A stretch of 64,000 nucleotides of DNA from Octopus sinensis (lineage: Eukaryota), in contig NC_042997.1 in NCBI RefSeq assembly GCF_006345805.1, forward strand, positions 145,514,001-145,578,000. The letters run 5' to 3'. A program made the translations under genes and the position numbers. This document shows positions 1 to 11,935 of the stretch, piece after piece (positions within the stretch are counted from its first letter, which is position 1; every line of letters starts with the position of its first letter). Below the pieces are notes generated by a model. The model saw only the letters and a program-made list of their open reading frames with translations. It searched no databases and was not told the origin of the DNA.

Positions 1-39
1 GTGTGTGTGCGTGTGTGTGTGTGCGTGTGTGTGCGGGTC

Positions 40-170
40 TTTGTGTTTGTGTCTGCTCCACAGTACAGCTTGACAATCGGTGTTGCTTTGTTTACGTCCC
101 CGTAACTTACCAATTCGGCAAAAGCGGCCGATAGAAGGTAGTTCCAATGACTAAAACAAGTAAAAGAAAA
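40..170 (+). mobile_element. 3' fragment of tRNA-derived SINE family D
   Basis: gcttgacaatcggtgttg...tttacgtccccgtaactta...gactaaaacaagtaaaaga matches the 3' half of the full copy at 40251-40750. Confidence 0.75.
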
Positions 171-269
171 GGCAAAAAGAACTACTTTATCTAATCTGTC
201 CTTTATTCAATGCAGTAGGGTGTGGTTTGGGCAAGATTTAGCTACTCTTTCCAAACAGTTTATATATAT

Positions 270-685
270 TTGTTAATTGCCCACAGGAGGCTAAACATAG
301 AGGGGACAAACATGGGCAGTTAAACAGATTAAGTCGATTACATCGACCCCAGTGCGTAACTGGTACTTATTTATCGACCCCGAAAGGATGAAAGGCAAAG
401 TCGACCTCTGCGGAATTTGAACTCAGAACATAAAGACAGACGAAATACCTATTTCCTTACTACCCACAAGGAGTTAAACACAGAGAAGACAAACAAGGAC
501 AGACAAACGGATTAAGTCGATTATATCGACTCCAGTGCGTAACAGGTACTTATTTAATCGACCCCGAAAGGATGAAAGGCAAAGTCGCACTCAGCGGAAT
601 TTGAACTCAGAACGTAACGGCGGACGAAATACCGCTTAGCATTTCGCCCAGCGTGCTAACCTTTCTTCCAACTTGCCGCCTTCCG
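270..685 (-). mobile_element. SINE family A (tRNA-like head, gtcgactttgcctttcatcctttcggggtcga core), dimeric copy
   Basis: Reverse complement matches the monomer at 56215-56437. A full monomer is joined to a 5'-truncated second monomer at acgaaatacc/tatttc (~440-455). Confidence 0.85.
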
Positions 686-1287
686 AACAGCTTATATTAC
701 GTAAAGAAATATTGTTAAAGTTTATACTATGTTTTAGCATAAAGGTTTCTGAATAATTTAAGTCTTTTCATCTATTTAATTTAAAACACATTGTAAAGTG
801 TAAAGAAATTAAAGAAATAAAAGTCTGGATTTATTTACAAGACAATGTTTGCGAGATTGAACATAAAATAAATCGTATAAACTGTTAACTAAACAGACGA
901 CCCGACGAAATCTTTGTCATTCTCGGGTCGTTCCCTTTTCGTATTTCTGGGTCAGTTTTATTCATGCAATATTTCTGTTTACGATATTTGAAATTTGAAG
1001 ACAAAAAAATCGTCTTTTTTCACATGCTTTCATGTATCTATAGAAATATTTGTTTTAGCTATTTATACTCGTACATGTTTGCACAGAGTATATGTGCGTG
1101 TCTGTGTGCACAAGGAAGAGGGGAGTGTCACTTGCATTGTTTAATGCAAACATATGCAAGGAAAGATCTCATACTCTCTCATGACATGTTTAAGATGTAT
1201 TTTTCTGTTGATGTTCTTTCGTGTTTATTATGCAGAGTATCGTGACATCACGAAACACTAACTGATTTATTTGTATTCTTCATACAG

Positions 1288-1323
1288 CTTGAAGTGCCGA
1301 GCTTCGCCATTATCAAATTTCTA
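1288..1323 (+). CDS. Candidate 36-nt coding micro-exon (LEVPSFAIIKFL)
   Basis: Acceptor ttgtattcttcatacag, donor gtgaga, open in phase 0, lies in non-repetitive DNA. No homology support available. Confidence 0.4.
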
Positions 1324-1540
1324 GTGAGATAACAATGATTTCTTCCCCTTTCTATATAGTATCACCCCACCTCGGGGCCAGCAGCATTGTTACTACAATT
1401 CTGCACTCACACCTAGTAATCATCCTCACATCGTAGCACGTAATTTTTTTTCATGTTATCTCCTACACTAAGCTAGGGTCACTGGCAAATACTCTAAGTA
1501 TGCAATGACGATTTTCTTTTGCTATTTACTGTCTATTTAG

Positions 1541-1617
1541 TTGTTTGATTTTAGCTTTGTTCTTTTCCTTATATACTGCTACTATATCAATGATGAAGCA
1601 TTTCTGTATAGCGCTGT
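1541..1617 (+). CDS. Candidate coding exon, hydrophobic (LFDFSFVLFLIYCYYINDEAFLYSA)
   Basis: Acceptor attttcttttgctatttactgtctatttag, consensus donor gtaagt at 1618, open in phase 0 and in frame with 1288-1323; exits in phase 2. Confidence 0.5.
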
Positions 1618-2050
1618 GTAAGTCATTGGTCTGTTGCCTTTTTTAAGTTCAACGCCAGCCGGGTAGTACATGCCGGATCAAACTACAAACCCAGATGCTA
1701 TTCCACGCTGCTTCAATCAAAGTTCCAAATTGAAACTTTGGGGCAATGGTCACATGGATATAAGGAGATTTTTACTGATTTTCGTTTTTCTTTATAATTA
1801 CGGAGAACTTTTGACTCTCTACGTCAATACTTAACTGCAAAATGCAGATTTAAGAAATGGAATTACAAGGATGTGTTTACACATAGTATTGTTATTTGTA
1901 AATATACAAATATACGTAAATGGATGCATACGTATGCATGTATACACTTATATTTGTGTGGACGTGTGTTTACGTGCATATTTCCATATATTTATAAACG
2001 TGATCTCATGTGTATTTATATGCTAATATATACTTATATATATATAATAT

Positions 2051-2144
<94 letters not shown>

Positions 2145-2464
2145 CATACATACATACATGCATATATATATATATATGTAATTTAATTTTATGTGTACGT
2201 CTGTTACACATATTCTGTCACCTATCTCTTTTTCTTTCCTTACGCAAAGTATCCTTTCTCTCCCCATCCGTTACTTTGATAGCGTCCTTAAACAATGCAT
2301 TCCTCTTCTCCCACCCCGCTTACTTCCCTCTTTCTTTCGCTATCTGTTACAGTTAGGCTTCTTCTCTTATTTTTCATCCCCCTCCCTATGTTTATGATAT
2401 ACTTCCTATCTCTCTTGTCTGTTATAACTGGCTTCTATATACACCAAGAAATATTTATATAATA

Positions 2465-3722
2465 CAGCGTGAAAATAACACTGACCTCTCATTTTAACAG
2501 ATATATTTACCAAAATTGCATAAAATATTTTGAAATACTGAAGAGTAAATTTATTCAATAAAATCGTCATTGGCTTCAACCACGGCCTCCAGACGACTTC
2601 GGAATCTTCTGCAACTCTTCTGGGCGGTCTCCTTGTTTAAGTTGGTGAATACTACCATAATCCTTGCCTTCAGTTCATCTTTGGTGTTTCAAGGAGTTTT
2701 GTTGGTCTCTCGCTCAAAGGCGTCCCACACATTAATCAAGGAGGTTGCAATCTGGGGAGTTAGGTGGCTAGATGTTAGAGATGATGTGGTCGCAGAAATT
2801 GTCTGACAGCCATGACTAGTTTCTCTTGTTTGTGTCGCATAGTGCAGGGTCCAGTTACCAGACATAGAGTCTTCCAGTAGCCAACCTCTTGACCCAGGAC
2901 AACAATAACTCCTCCAGGCATTTGATGTAGGCTTCCGCCTTGTGTCTGAGGCCGTGTGGAAAGATGAATGGAGGCATAACGTCGCCATCACTAGTGATCA
3001 CTCCAAACACCATGATGTTGACGGGATGTTTGATTTTTATCATTCTTGGCATATATGCTTTAGGGACATGACAAGACAACGGTTATTCTGTGCGTTCACC
3101 ATCTGATCCTGGCAGAAATTTTTCTCGTCTGAGAAAAACCACTGCATGTTCGGTTGGAGGGGATGCTTGAGTTTGTTCAAAAGCTTCGTAGCGCGGTCTT
3201 TACTCTTGTCCTTGACAACTTGACATAAAAATTGGACCTTTCTCATCTAGTATGAGGGATACCGAATGTCTTCAAGCACTACCTGCCTGATAAGAAGCTC
3301 AGAGACTCTCATGTCCCTGGCGATGGACCTGTTTGACTTTGAGGGATCGTTGTCAATCATGACCTGGATCTCAACAAATTCAAGAGTTCTTTTCTTATTA
3401 GAACGAACAGCGTGAGTTTTCCGAGCTACCATACCTTCATAATCATCATTAGATTCATCCTACTCTTTCTGAATCCTCTGTACTGTCCTCAGATTGACAC
3501 CCAAACACTCTGAAATGTTCGTACTGGAGCTTCCAGCGCAAATGCCAAGCAGTACAACATGTCATTTCCAAATTTCTGGCGGAGTAAATTTCCCCATGGT
3601 ACTGTTTTTCTCACAGATTGTGCCCAACAGACCCTACTGCACTGTGTTGTCGACAAAATCAAACACGAACAATGCGCATGCGCGAAATTAAAAATAAATA
3701 ATAGCAATAATTTACTCATTGC
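2465..3722 (-). mobile_element. DD37D (maT/Bmmar1-type) Tc1/mariner transposon, pseudogenised; transposase ~3597-2551
   Basis: Translation gives MGKFTPPEIW, WFFSDEKNF, MVFGVITSDG and D-x37-D (LDPALC...PPNSPDCNLLD, 37 residues counted), with many stops. TA-CAGCGTG at the left end; right end degenerate. Confidence 0.9.
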
Positions 3723-4279
3723 ATGTATGTGTGTATGTGTGTGTGCGCGTGGGTGGGTGGGTGTACATGCATATATGCATGTCTCTAGGCAGGTATGCGA
3801 GTATATACGAATGAGTTTATTATTTCAATGATTCTAGCTAAACAGCTAAATGTGTAACACGTTAGAGCTAGTTAGGAGTGTAAGCTGATTGCTGTTAATT
3901 AGTAATTAGAGATTTGTGAAAGAGCACCGAGTGAACCCGATGTCAATTAGAACATATGTGTGTGCGTGTGTGTGTATCGGGGTGGTACGGCCTACATGGT
4001 TATTGGGGCGTTACGCATTACACATGTTCTCACTTACGCTTGTCTACGGGTAAAAGGTAGGGCTGTTTGGTTAAGAATTTTGTTTTGAAAATATGTGGTT
4101 CTTCTGTATTCGATAACACATTGGATCAGTGTCTGCTTCCGAAGTCTGAGGATTTATGCTTTTTGTTTTATGAAATCTGGTTATCGGCAGTACCGAAGTC
4201 AGTCTTACGTGAATGTGCATGTGTGTGTATGTGTGTCGTGGGGTGCTGTGTGCGTGTGCATTGTGTTTACGAGTGCGTT

Positions 4280-5300
4280 TATTCTTTTATATTCTTATTT
4301 GTTTGTCATTTGACTGCGGCCATACTGGAGCACCGCCTTGAAGGATTTTAGTCGAAAACATCGACCTCAGGACTTACTTCTGAAGCCTTGCACTTATTCT
4401 ATCGGACTCTTTTGCCGAACCGTTATGTACAGGGACGTAAACACACCAACACTGGTTGTCAAGCAGTGATGGGGGGAACAAATGCAAACATACATACACA
4501 CAGACATACACACACGCCCACGCGCGCACACACACATATACGACAACCTCTCAGTTTCCATCGAGCAAATTCACTCACAAGGTTTTGGTCGGTTCAAGTC
4601 CATAGTGGAAGACACATGCCCAATGTGCCATACAGTGGGACTGAGTCCGGAACCATGCGGTGGGGGAAGTAAGCTTTTTTTTCACCCAGCCACGCCTGCG
4701 CCTTTGTATATTTCTTCATGCACTCCTATAGATTTAGGAATGTGTGCTATAAGAAGCTTACTTCTCAACTATATGGTTCCAAGTTCAATCTCAGTGCGTG
4801 GCACTTTGGGCAAGTGTCTTCTACAATAGCCTCAGTATGTGGAAACTAAACGGAGACCGTTGTGAATCTTTTACTTGTTTCAGTCATTAGACTGCGGCCA
4901 CGCTGGAGTGCTGCCACATACATATACGACTGGCTTCTTTCAGTTTCCGTTTACCAAATCCATTCACAAGGCTTTCGTTGACTTTAGGCTATAGTAGAAG
5001 ACACTTGCCCAAGACACCACGAAGTGGGATTGAATCCGGAACCATGAGGTCGGAAACCAAGCTTTTTACCACACTTACACATACACATGTATATATACAA
5101 ATAGATGTGTGTGTGTTTGTGTATGTGTGTGTGTGCTTGTCTTCCACGCCCACCTGATAAACGCTGTTAGTGTGTTTACGTCCCTGTAACTTAAGAGTTC
5201 GATAAAAGTGACCCCATACTATATGTAACAGGCTTAATTTCTTCAAGGCAGTGCCTCAGCATGGCCGTGGTATAATGACTGAAACAGGCGAGAGTAAAAA
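4280..5300. mobile_element. Cluster of SINE family D copies and fragments in both orientations
   Basis: 4280-4703 (-) near full length; 4736-4835 (+) head; 4865-5075 (-); 5105-5300 (+) 3' half. Confidence 0.8.
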
Positions 5301-5389
5301 TAAAAGAATATGTATGTATGTATGTATGGCTGGATGAATGTATAGATATATGTATATGTATATATGTATGTATGTATGTATGTCTTCTA

Positions 5390-6052
5390 TATTTTTAATT
5401 ATTATAAATTTTCCACCGAGGAGGGAGCCGGTTTCCAACAAAGATACAAGGCTCCATCTTTGGGATGTAGGTAACACGGACAAATTCACATTTGGAACTT
5501 GAGAAAAGTCTTTTATATTTTTACTGTTCCACTCACAGATTGCACTTGTAATGTACGAATCAGCCGGTCGATTTCTCTTTCTGAAAATCCCAGTTTATCC
5601 AGATTCTCCTTTAAGGATTTACTAAAAAAAACCTAGTGCTCCAGTTATTATTGGTATGACTATGAATTCATAGTCTGGATATAGAAGCTGGCGGTTCCGA
5701 AGCAGTTGTCCATAGATATCCTCTTTTTCTTTGATTTTCAAAGAGATATTTATATCTGCAGAGCAGCTGACCCCTATGATGGTACATACCTTTGCCCCTG
5801 AAGGCACGGAACTTAGTGATAAGGGTGTTGTACTCATGATCGTAAGGTTGAGGTTTCGATTCTTGGATCGAGCGACAAGTTTTGTTCTCGAGTAAAACAC
5901 TTTATTTCATGATGTTTCAGTTTCCTCAGCCGGAATCTGAGGAATCCTGTGACGGACCGGCTTCTCGTTCTGATGGGGAATATGTATACGTTACAGGAAC
6001 CGGCTTTCTGGACCTATATTTCGGGTATGACCTTTGATTCTCTGATCGTTTT
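5390..6052 (-). mobile_element. Short non-LTR retrotransposon with restriction-like endonuclease (RLE) C-terminus, embedded in (CATA)n
   Basis: ORF 5622-5900 and its continuation give KVCTIIGVSCSADINISLKIKEKEDIYGQLLRNRQLLYPDYEFIVIPIITGALG...IRTLQVQSVSGTVKI, an RLE-LINE C-terminal pattern, then a 3'UTR. (TATG)n lies on both sides. Confidence 0.7.
5812..5930 (+). mobile_element. SINE family B head (tRNA-like plus CORE-like), inserted in the RLE element
   Basis: cttagtgataagggtgttgtactcatgatcgtaaggttgaggtttcgattc...aaacactttatttca resembles 9988-10130. Confidence 0.7.
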
Positions 6053-6055
6053 GAT

Positions 6056-6326
6056 ATGTATGTGTATATGTGTATGTATGTATGTATGTATGTATGTATG
6101 TATGTATGTATGTATGCATGTATGTATGTATGTATGTATGTATGTATGTATGTATGTATGTATGTATGTATGTATACATGTATGCATGCCTGTATGTATG
6201 TATGTGTATGTATGTATGAATGTATGTATGTAAGTATGTATGCATGCATGTATGTATGTATGTATGCATGTATGTACGTATGTATGTATGTATGTATGTA
6301 TGTATGTATGTATGTATGTATCTATC

Positions 6327-6384
<58 letters not shown>

Positions 6385-6410
6385 CCTATCTATCTATTTA
6401 TATATATATA
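6056..6410. repeat. (TATG)n followed by (TATC)n microsatellite
   Basis: Seen directly; source of the MYVC/HTYI/YLSI pseudo-ORFs. Confidence 0.95.
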
Positions 6411-6654
6411 CATATATGTCTGTGTGTGTATGTATGTATGCTTATGTATATGCATATATATATATATGTATATATATGTACAACAAAATGACAATAAACC
6501 AAGGGACCAAGACAATAAACCAAGGGAACAAATTCAGCCTTACGAAAACTAGAATTTCAAAAAGGAGAACAGGATACAAATATTTCATAGTCAACAAGCA
6601 CATCAGACGTATTCACCCATCACCGTGCACCTAACGGATATCGCTATATACATA

Positions 6655-6872
6655 CGAGGATGTGTTTTTAAAGTTCCTGGATTTAAGGGTCTCCTGATAT
6701 GCCCGGTTGGAGGCTCAACCTTCCGAGTTCTTTTACAAGGGTGAGAAAAGCCGAAGGACCGCTGCAATAAGTGTGTGAATCTGAGACAGTAATATTTTGA
6801 GTAAAGCTGTTATTAATTGATCCTCCTGTATTTAATTTTACTCAAAGCCAGGAACTTTTCAACTTCGCCTCG
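6655..6872. mobile_element. Mariner-derived MITE (irritans-type ends)
   Basis: TA-CGAGG...aaagttcctgg and ccaggaactttt...CCTCG-TA imperfect TIRs with TA target duplication. Confidence 0.7.
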
Positions 6873-7256
6873 TACGTGTCTGTACGTTTGTGTATGTGTG
6901 TGTGCATGTGTGTGTGTGTGTGCTGGTGTGTGTTATGCATGTGTTTGATGTGGTATTGCTAACGGCTCCGTAAACAAATCATACTATCAACCAAGATATT
7001 ATCTTATATTCTTCCTGTTAGATGTGTTGATTAAATCATCTGACGACTTTTGTAATTGCCAGTAATACTTAACTCTTCATGTGACTTCTAGCCACTCCTC
7101 TCCATTTACGAATCGCTTCAATTAATTCCTTAAATCATTAAAAAAAATGTTTGCAATATACATTGTATCATAAATCTTCACGTCAGATGATCAAGTTTGG
7201 GACACTAACTTAACCACAGCAAATGATGAGTTACTTAACTTAAATATATATATATA

Positions 7257-7379
7257 TCGACGAAGAGCTCCGCTCGAAACGTCATACCCTCCTTCTTCCC
7301 TTTTTCCTGAGCGCCTAATAATAATAATACTTTAATTGTTCCACGTGTTGTTGTTTTTTCTGTTTTCCCGTTTGGATTA

Positions 7380-7385
<6 letters not shown>
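7257..7385 (+). mobile_element. PLE pseudo-LTR fragment with minimal type I hammerhead-like motif
   Basis: cGACGA-A-GAG-ctccg-CTC-GAAA-CGTC; homologous to 30400-30556 and 30601-30760; flanked by (TA)n. Confidence 0.65.
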
Positions 7386-7421
<36 letters not shown>

Positions 7422-7423
7422 TA

Positions 7424-7716
7424 TCACGTGATCACGTGACCGACCAGACCATCAGATGTTGTTACACATCGCTGGTCACAATGCGTTCGCATTGTTTTAG
7501 CCTTCGAATGACGCCACCCCGCTGGCTAAGCGAGCAGGCCAACAGAAAAAAGAGTAGTGAAAGAGTACAGCAGGGATCACCCCCCCCTCCTGCCGGAGCG
7601 TCGTGAAGCTCTTAGGTGTTTTCGCTCAATAAACACTCACAAAGCCCGGTCTGGGAATCGAAACCGTGATCCTGCGATCGCGAGTCCGCTGCCCTAACCA
7701 CTGGGCCATTGCACCT

Positions 7717-7720
<4 letters not shown>
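7424..7720 (-). mobile_element. SINE family C (tRNA-derived), left member of an inverted pair
   Basis: Reverse complement begins gtggaggtgcaatggcccagtggttagggcagcggactcgc (A-box/B-box-like) and ends cacgtgatcacgtga. Confidence 0.85.
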
Positions 7721-7764
<44 letters not shown>

Positions 7765-7779
7765 GTGTGTGTGTGGGGG

Positions 7780-8054
7780 GGAGGTGCAATGGCCTAGTGG
7801 TTAGGGCAGCGGACTCGCGGTCGTAGGATCGCGGTTTCGATTCCCAGACCGGGCGTTGTGAGTGTTTATTGAGCGCGAAAACACCTAAAAGCTCCATGAC
7901 GCTCCGGCAGGGGGTGGTGATCCCTGCTGTACTCTTTCACCACTCTTTCTCCCACTCTTTCAGCGGGGTGGCGTCATTCGAAGGCTAAAACAATGCGAAC
8001 GCATTGTGACCAGCGATGTGTAACTACATCTGATGGACTGGTCGGTCACGTGAT
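7780..8054 (+). mobile_element. SINE family C, right member of an inverted pair
   Basis: ggaggtgcaatggcctagtggttagggcagcggactcgcggtcgtaggatcgcggtttcgattccc...ggtcggtcacgtgat. Confidence 0.85.
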
Positions 8055-8715
8055 GATATATATATATATATATATGTACCTTTCCAACTGTCTGTCTGTC
8101 TCTCTCTCTCTCTTTCTCTCTCTAGTTCCTTCCCTAATTTTTCAATCCCTCTTCCCCCTACCTCTTCTGTTCCTCCCACGTGATCGGTGCACGCCCAAGC
8201 ATGATCTTCCTTTCTTGGCTTGACCGCCGCTCGCACAACATCTTATTTTCCTGATTCCTGATTTTTCATCCATGTTATGTTGCCGTAAGGCTTCCACTTC
8301 ACACGCCAGTTTAACTTCACTTGTCCTTTTAGTCGAAAGACACCTGTTCTTATTCTTGTTGTTTGTATTTGTAATCGTGTAATATTTACTTCGTCTTGTT
8401 TTTTTTTTTGTCTGTGTTGTCACACATATTCGCCCGCTTTCTTCCAAGAGTTTGATGCCCTTGGCTTAGATTATTTTGAGGTGGTGGGGGCTACCAATTT
8501 TGAACAGTCTCAAGTGTAGCAGGCTGAAACTGTAGTGATCGTTGGAAGCTTGACAGATGAATAGAAAGCCACGAATGTTCTCTCTAGGTTTCCATGTCTG
8601 TCCTTGTATCGTCCATCTACCGTATGTTTTCAAGATTGAGTTCAATCGACTCCAGTTCTGTGTTTATATATATGTACACACACACACACACTCACACACA
8701 CACACATATATATAT

Positions 8716-8748
<33 letters not shown>

Positions 8749-8789
8749 ATATATATATATATATACATATATATTTATGTAGATATCTA

Positions 8790-9195
8790 CTCTTTTATTC
8801 TTTTACTTGTTTCAGTCATTTGACTGTGGCCATGCTGGAGCACCGCCTTTTAGTCAAACAAATCGACCCGAGGACTTATTCTTTGTAAGCCTAGTATTTA
8901 TTCTATCGGTCTCTTTTGCCGAACCGCTAAGTTACGGGGACGTGAACACACCAGCATCGGATGTCAAGCGATGGTGGTGGAACAAACACAGACGCACAAG
9001 CATAAACACGCACAAACATATACATACATATATTTGTATGTACTACGGGCTTCTTTCAGTTACCGTCCACCAAATCCACTCACAAGGCTTTAATACGACC
9101 CGAAGCTATAGTAGAAGGTGCCACGCAGTAGGACTGAACCCAGAGCCATGTGGTTGGTAAGCAAGCTACTTACCACACAGCTACTCTTGCGCCTA
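8790..9195 (-). mobile_element. SINE family D, near full length
   Basis: Matches 40251-40750, including the internal CA/TA microsatellite. Confidence 0.85.
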
Positions 9196-9341
9196 TACAT
9201 TATAGAGAGGCCGTGTGTGTATATGTTCTATACACATTTATATATAGGAGATATGACTCATATATATATACATATATATGTATATATATATATGCATATA
9301 TATAATAATATATATCTATATATATATATATATATATATTC

Positions 9342-9375
<34 letters not shown>

Positions 9376-9385
9376 ACATAAATAT

Positions 9386-9457
<72 letters not shown>

Positions 9458-9632
9458 GTATGTATATATCACATATATATGCATATATAGATATATATAT
9501 ACACTATGTATATATATTGTGTATATATATGTATGTATGTATGTATATATATATGAGATATGAGTCATATATATATACATATGACTGTTGGGTTCCTGTT
9601 CATGACAGGAAGAGGAACGTCAAGGATCCGAA

Positions 9633-9670
<38 letters not shown>

Positions 9671-9987
9671 CACACACGCATGCACACACACAACCACACA
9701 CACACACGCACGCACACACACACACACTCAAAGATTGATATCTGGTTTTAAGTTAACTTATTTGTAAATACATCCTCACATTAACCGGAAGGATTACTGA
9801 ATAGTTTTCAATAGAGTATATATCTATTTGCTTTTGTAAGCAAATGTCGGCAGTGACTTCGAAGTTTCGGCTTGCCTGCCTTCATATGCATACATAGATG
9901 CAAACGTGCATGCAGATACATATATATGTACATCTGCGATGATTTGAGAAGTGGTAACAAGTTACAATTCTGTACATGATATCTTAT

Positions 9988-10195
9988 GTGGAGGCGCGTG
10001 GCTTAGTGGTTAGGGTGTCAGCATCATGATCGTAAGATTGTAGTATCGATTCCTGGACCGGGCGACGCGTTGTATTCTTGAGCAAAACACTTCATTTCAC
10101 ATTGCTCCAGTTCACTCAGCTGGCAACACATACGCCATAGAAACCGGAAAACCGGGAACATGAACCTGGCTAGGCTTTAAAAGGGCGAAGACCTA
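9988..10195 (+). mobile_element. SINE family B with 9-bp target-site duplication
   Basis: gtggaggcgcgtggcttagtggttaggg...ttgagcaaaacacttcatttcac (tRNA head plus CORE-like block); atatcttat at 9979-9987 and 10196-10204. Confidence 0.85.
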
Positions 10196-10343
10196 ATATC
10201 TTATAAGCTTAAAGCTTATAAGTGATCACCGTATATTGACTACAGAAAATAGTCTAACATCAGGGTAATATAAGCCCTAGACGGAAGAAAGTGGGCTTCC
10301 CGTTTCCATAGAGCTCGAATCCTCCTCCTCCCTCCTCCTCCTC

Positions 10344-10428
<85 letters not shown>

Positions 10429-10462
10429 TTTCTAATTTTTAAAATAACTTCTTAAAACATAA

Positions 10463-10505
10463 ATATTCTTGACAAGTCATACAATGACGAAAACCGGTTG
10501 AATAA
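10463..10505 (+). ncRNA. Hammerhead-like motif with U3-A8 core variant
   Basis: attc-TTGACAA-GTCA-tacaa-TGAC-GAAA-ACCGGT-T-gaat; same layout as 10835-10878 (-). Confidence 0.45.
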
Positions 10506-10641
10506 ATATATATTTATATATTTTATCATTTTCTCATTTTATTAAAATTTTCTTTCATTTGAGCATTCTGCATTTTTAAAAAAATTTTTCCTTACTTATC
10601 ATTTCTCCACGTGCGGTCAACACAACCCCACCATTTATTGA

Positions 10642-10679
<38 letters not shown>

Positions 10680-10789
10680 GAGCAAAGATACTAAAGAATC
10701 AGTATACACTACGTTCCAAAACTATGAGTTGAAAAGATGTGGAAAACAAATATAAAAAGTGGAAGCGAAATGCCTTCGTTTTATATAGT

Positions 10790-11630
10790 TTAATATCTTT
10801 TTATTAATATATACATATTGTATGGATGTCGTGAAATCCAACCGGTTTTCGCTATTTAAATTAGCTTCTCAATGGACATTGTACACTAATCAATTCTCGT
10901 GATAAAGGGGTCTTGTCATTTTGGATGTTTGAAAAATAAGAATGAGTCTAGAGAGTGAACCAAGGGAGGCAACATGTGGCTTTGGGGACAACTAGCTTCT
11001 TAGTATAATTTTTAAAATGGTCAAATTGTATATTGAGGTGTGATGTGTACTTTTGTATGAACAGGTTTTCCTTGTTTAGGCGTTCTTGTACTGAGATTGA
11101 ATCTTTGCATTGGCATAATAAGAAGATATTAAAATTCGGCGTTTTACTACTTGCGCATCTGTCATCGACATGTCCGCTCGTATTGAAGGAAACGAATTTG
11201 TTCTTTATGCAGCGTGACTCTACGTCTCAAAATCAGGCTCGTTTAGCCCACAAAATTGTGACCACAACCTGAGCAGGTTAAGGCATAAATAAGTTTCTGG
11301 GAAGCACATGTGGAGTTGGTCTTAATTGAGAATTTTTGTCTTTGCTGGAAAGTGAATTCCGAGCCTTTAGTTAGGTATGAGTATGTACCACAATTGGGTT
11401 GTCTGCATTTTTTAACTGTTGGTATCGTTTGTATTGAGTATAGTTTTGCATTTGTTAGGAGTCTCTTGAGTGATTTGTCTTGTCTTTTGCATTTTAGTAG
11501 CTTGTGTGTATTTAAGATGCTGTTCATTTTCGGGTCCTGAATGAGCAGAGGGAAATTTTGTATAATTGTGTTGCATGCTTTATTGTTTCCAGAAACAGAG
11601 AGCAAAATAAAGAGATAGAGAGCAAAAAGA
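10790..11630 (-). mobile_element. Penelope-like element 3' part: GIY-YIG endonuclease pseudogene plus downstream pseudo-LTR
   Basis: ORF 11243-11605 and read-through: LKRLLTNAK...KKCRQPNCGT...KFSIKTNSTCASQKLIYALTCSGCGHNFVG*TSLILRRRVTLHKEQIR, a PLE GIY-YIG pattern. A hammerhead-like motif follows at 10835-10878. Confidence 0.85.
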
Positions 11631-11749
11631 ACGTATGAAGGTTAGAGTATATGTTTGTGTACATGTGTATGTTTAGGTGCGTGATATATATATATATAGT
11701 TGAAATTTATGTATATAACTATATATATATATACATATATATATTTTAA

Positions 11750-11925
11750 AATAAAAGACGAAGACAGGTGTATGAACAACAAGCAAGTGTATTAGTTTGA
11801 CGCTGAGGAAAAATGAAAATGTCTTTTATGTCTCTTCAACAGAAAGGAACAAGAAAAAATAAACAGAGACGTGTTGTAAAATGCTGTGTGTGGTTTTCAT
11901 CGCATGAAGCTATTAGTAGTTCAAG
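11750..11925 (-). mobile_element. PLE pseudo-LTR remnant (family of 15680-15880 and 49370-49575), ribozyme box deleted
   Basis: Reverse complement ctttctgttgaagag...cctcagcgtcaaactaatacacttgcttgttgttcatacacctgtcttcgtc. Confidence 0.6.
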
Positions 11926-11935
11926 AAAATATATA

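Noticed and set aside
7780-10060. tRNA genes at SINE heads (7780, 9988, also 52790, 56215, 60942)
   Set aside because: A/B-box-like motifs continue into shared SINE bodies and tails, with no complete cloverleaf.
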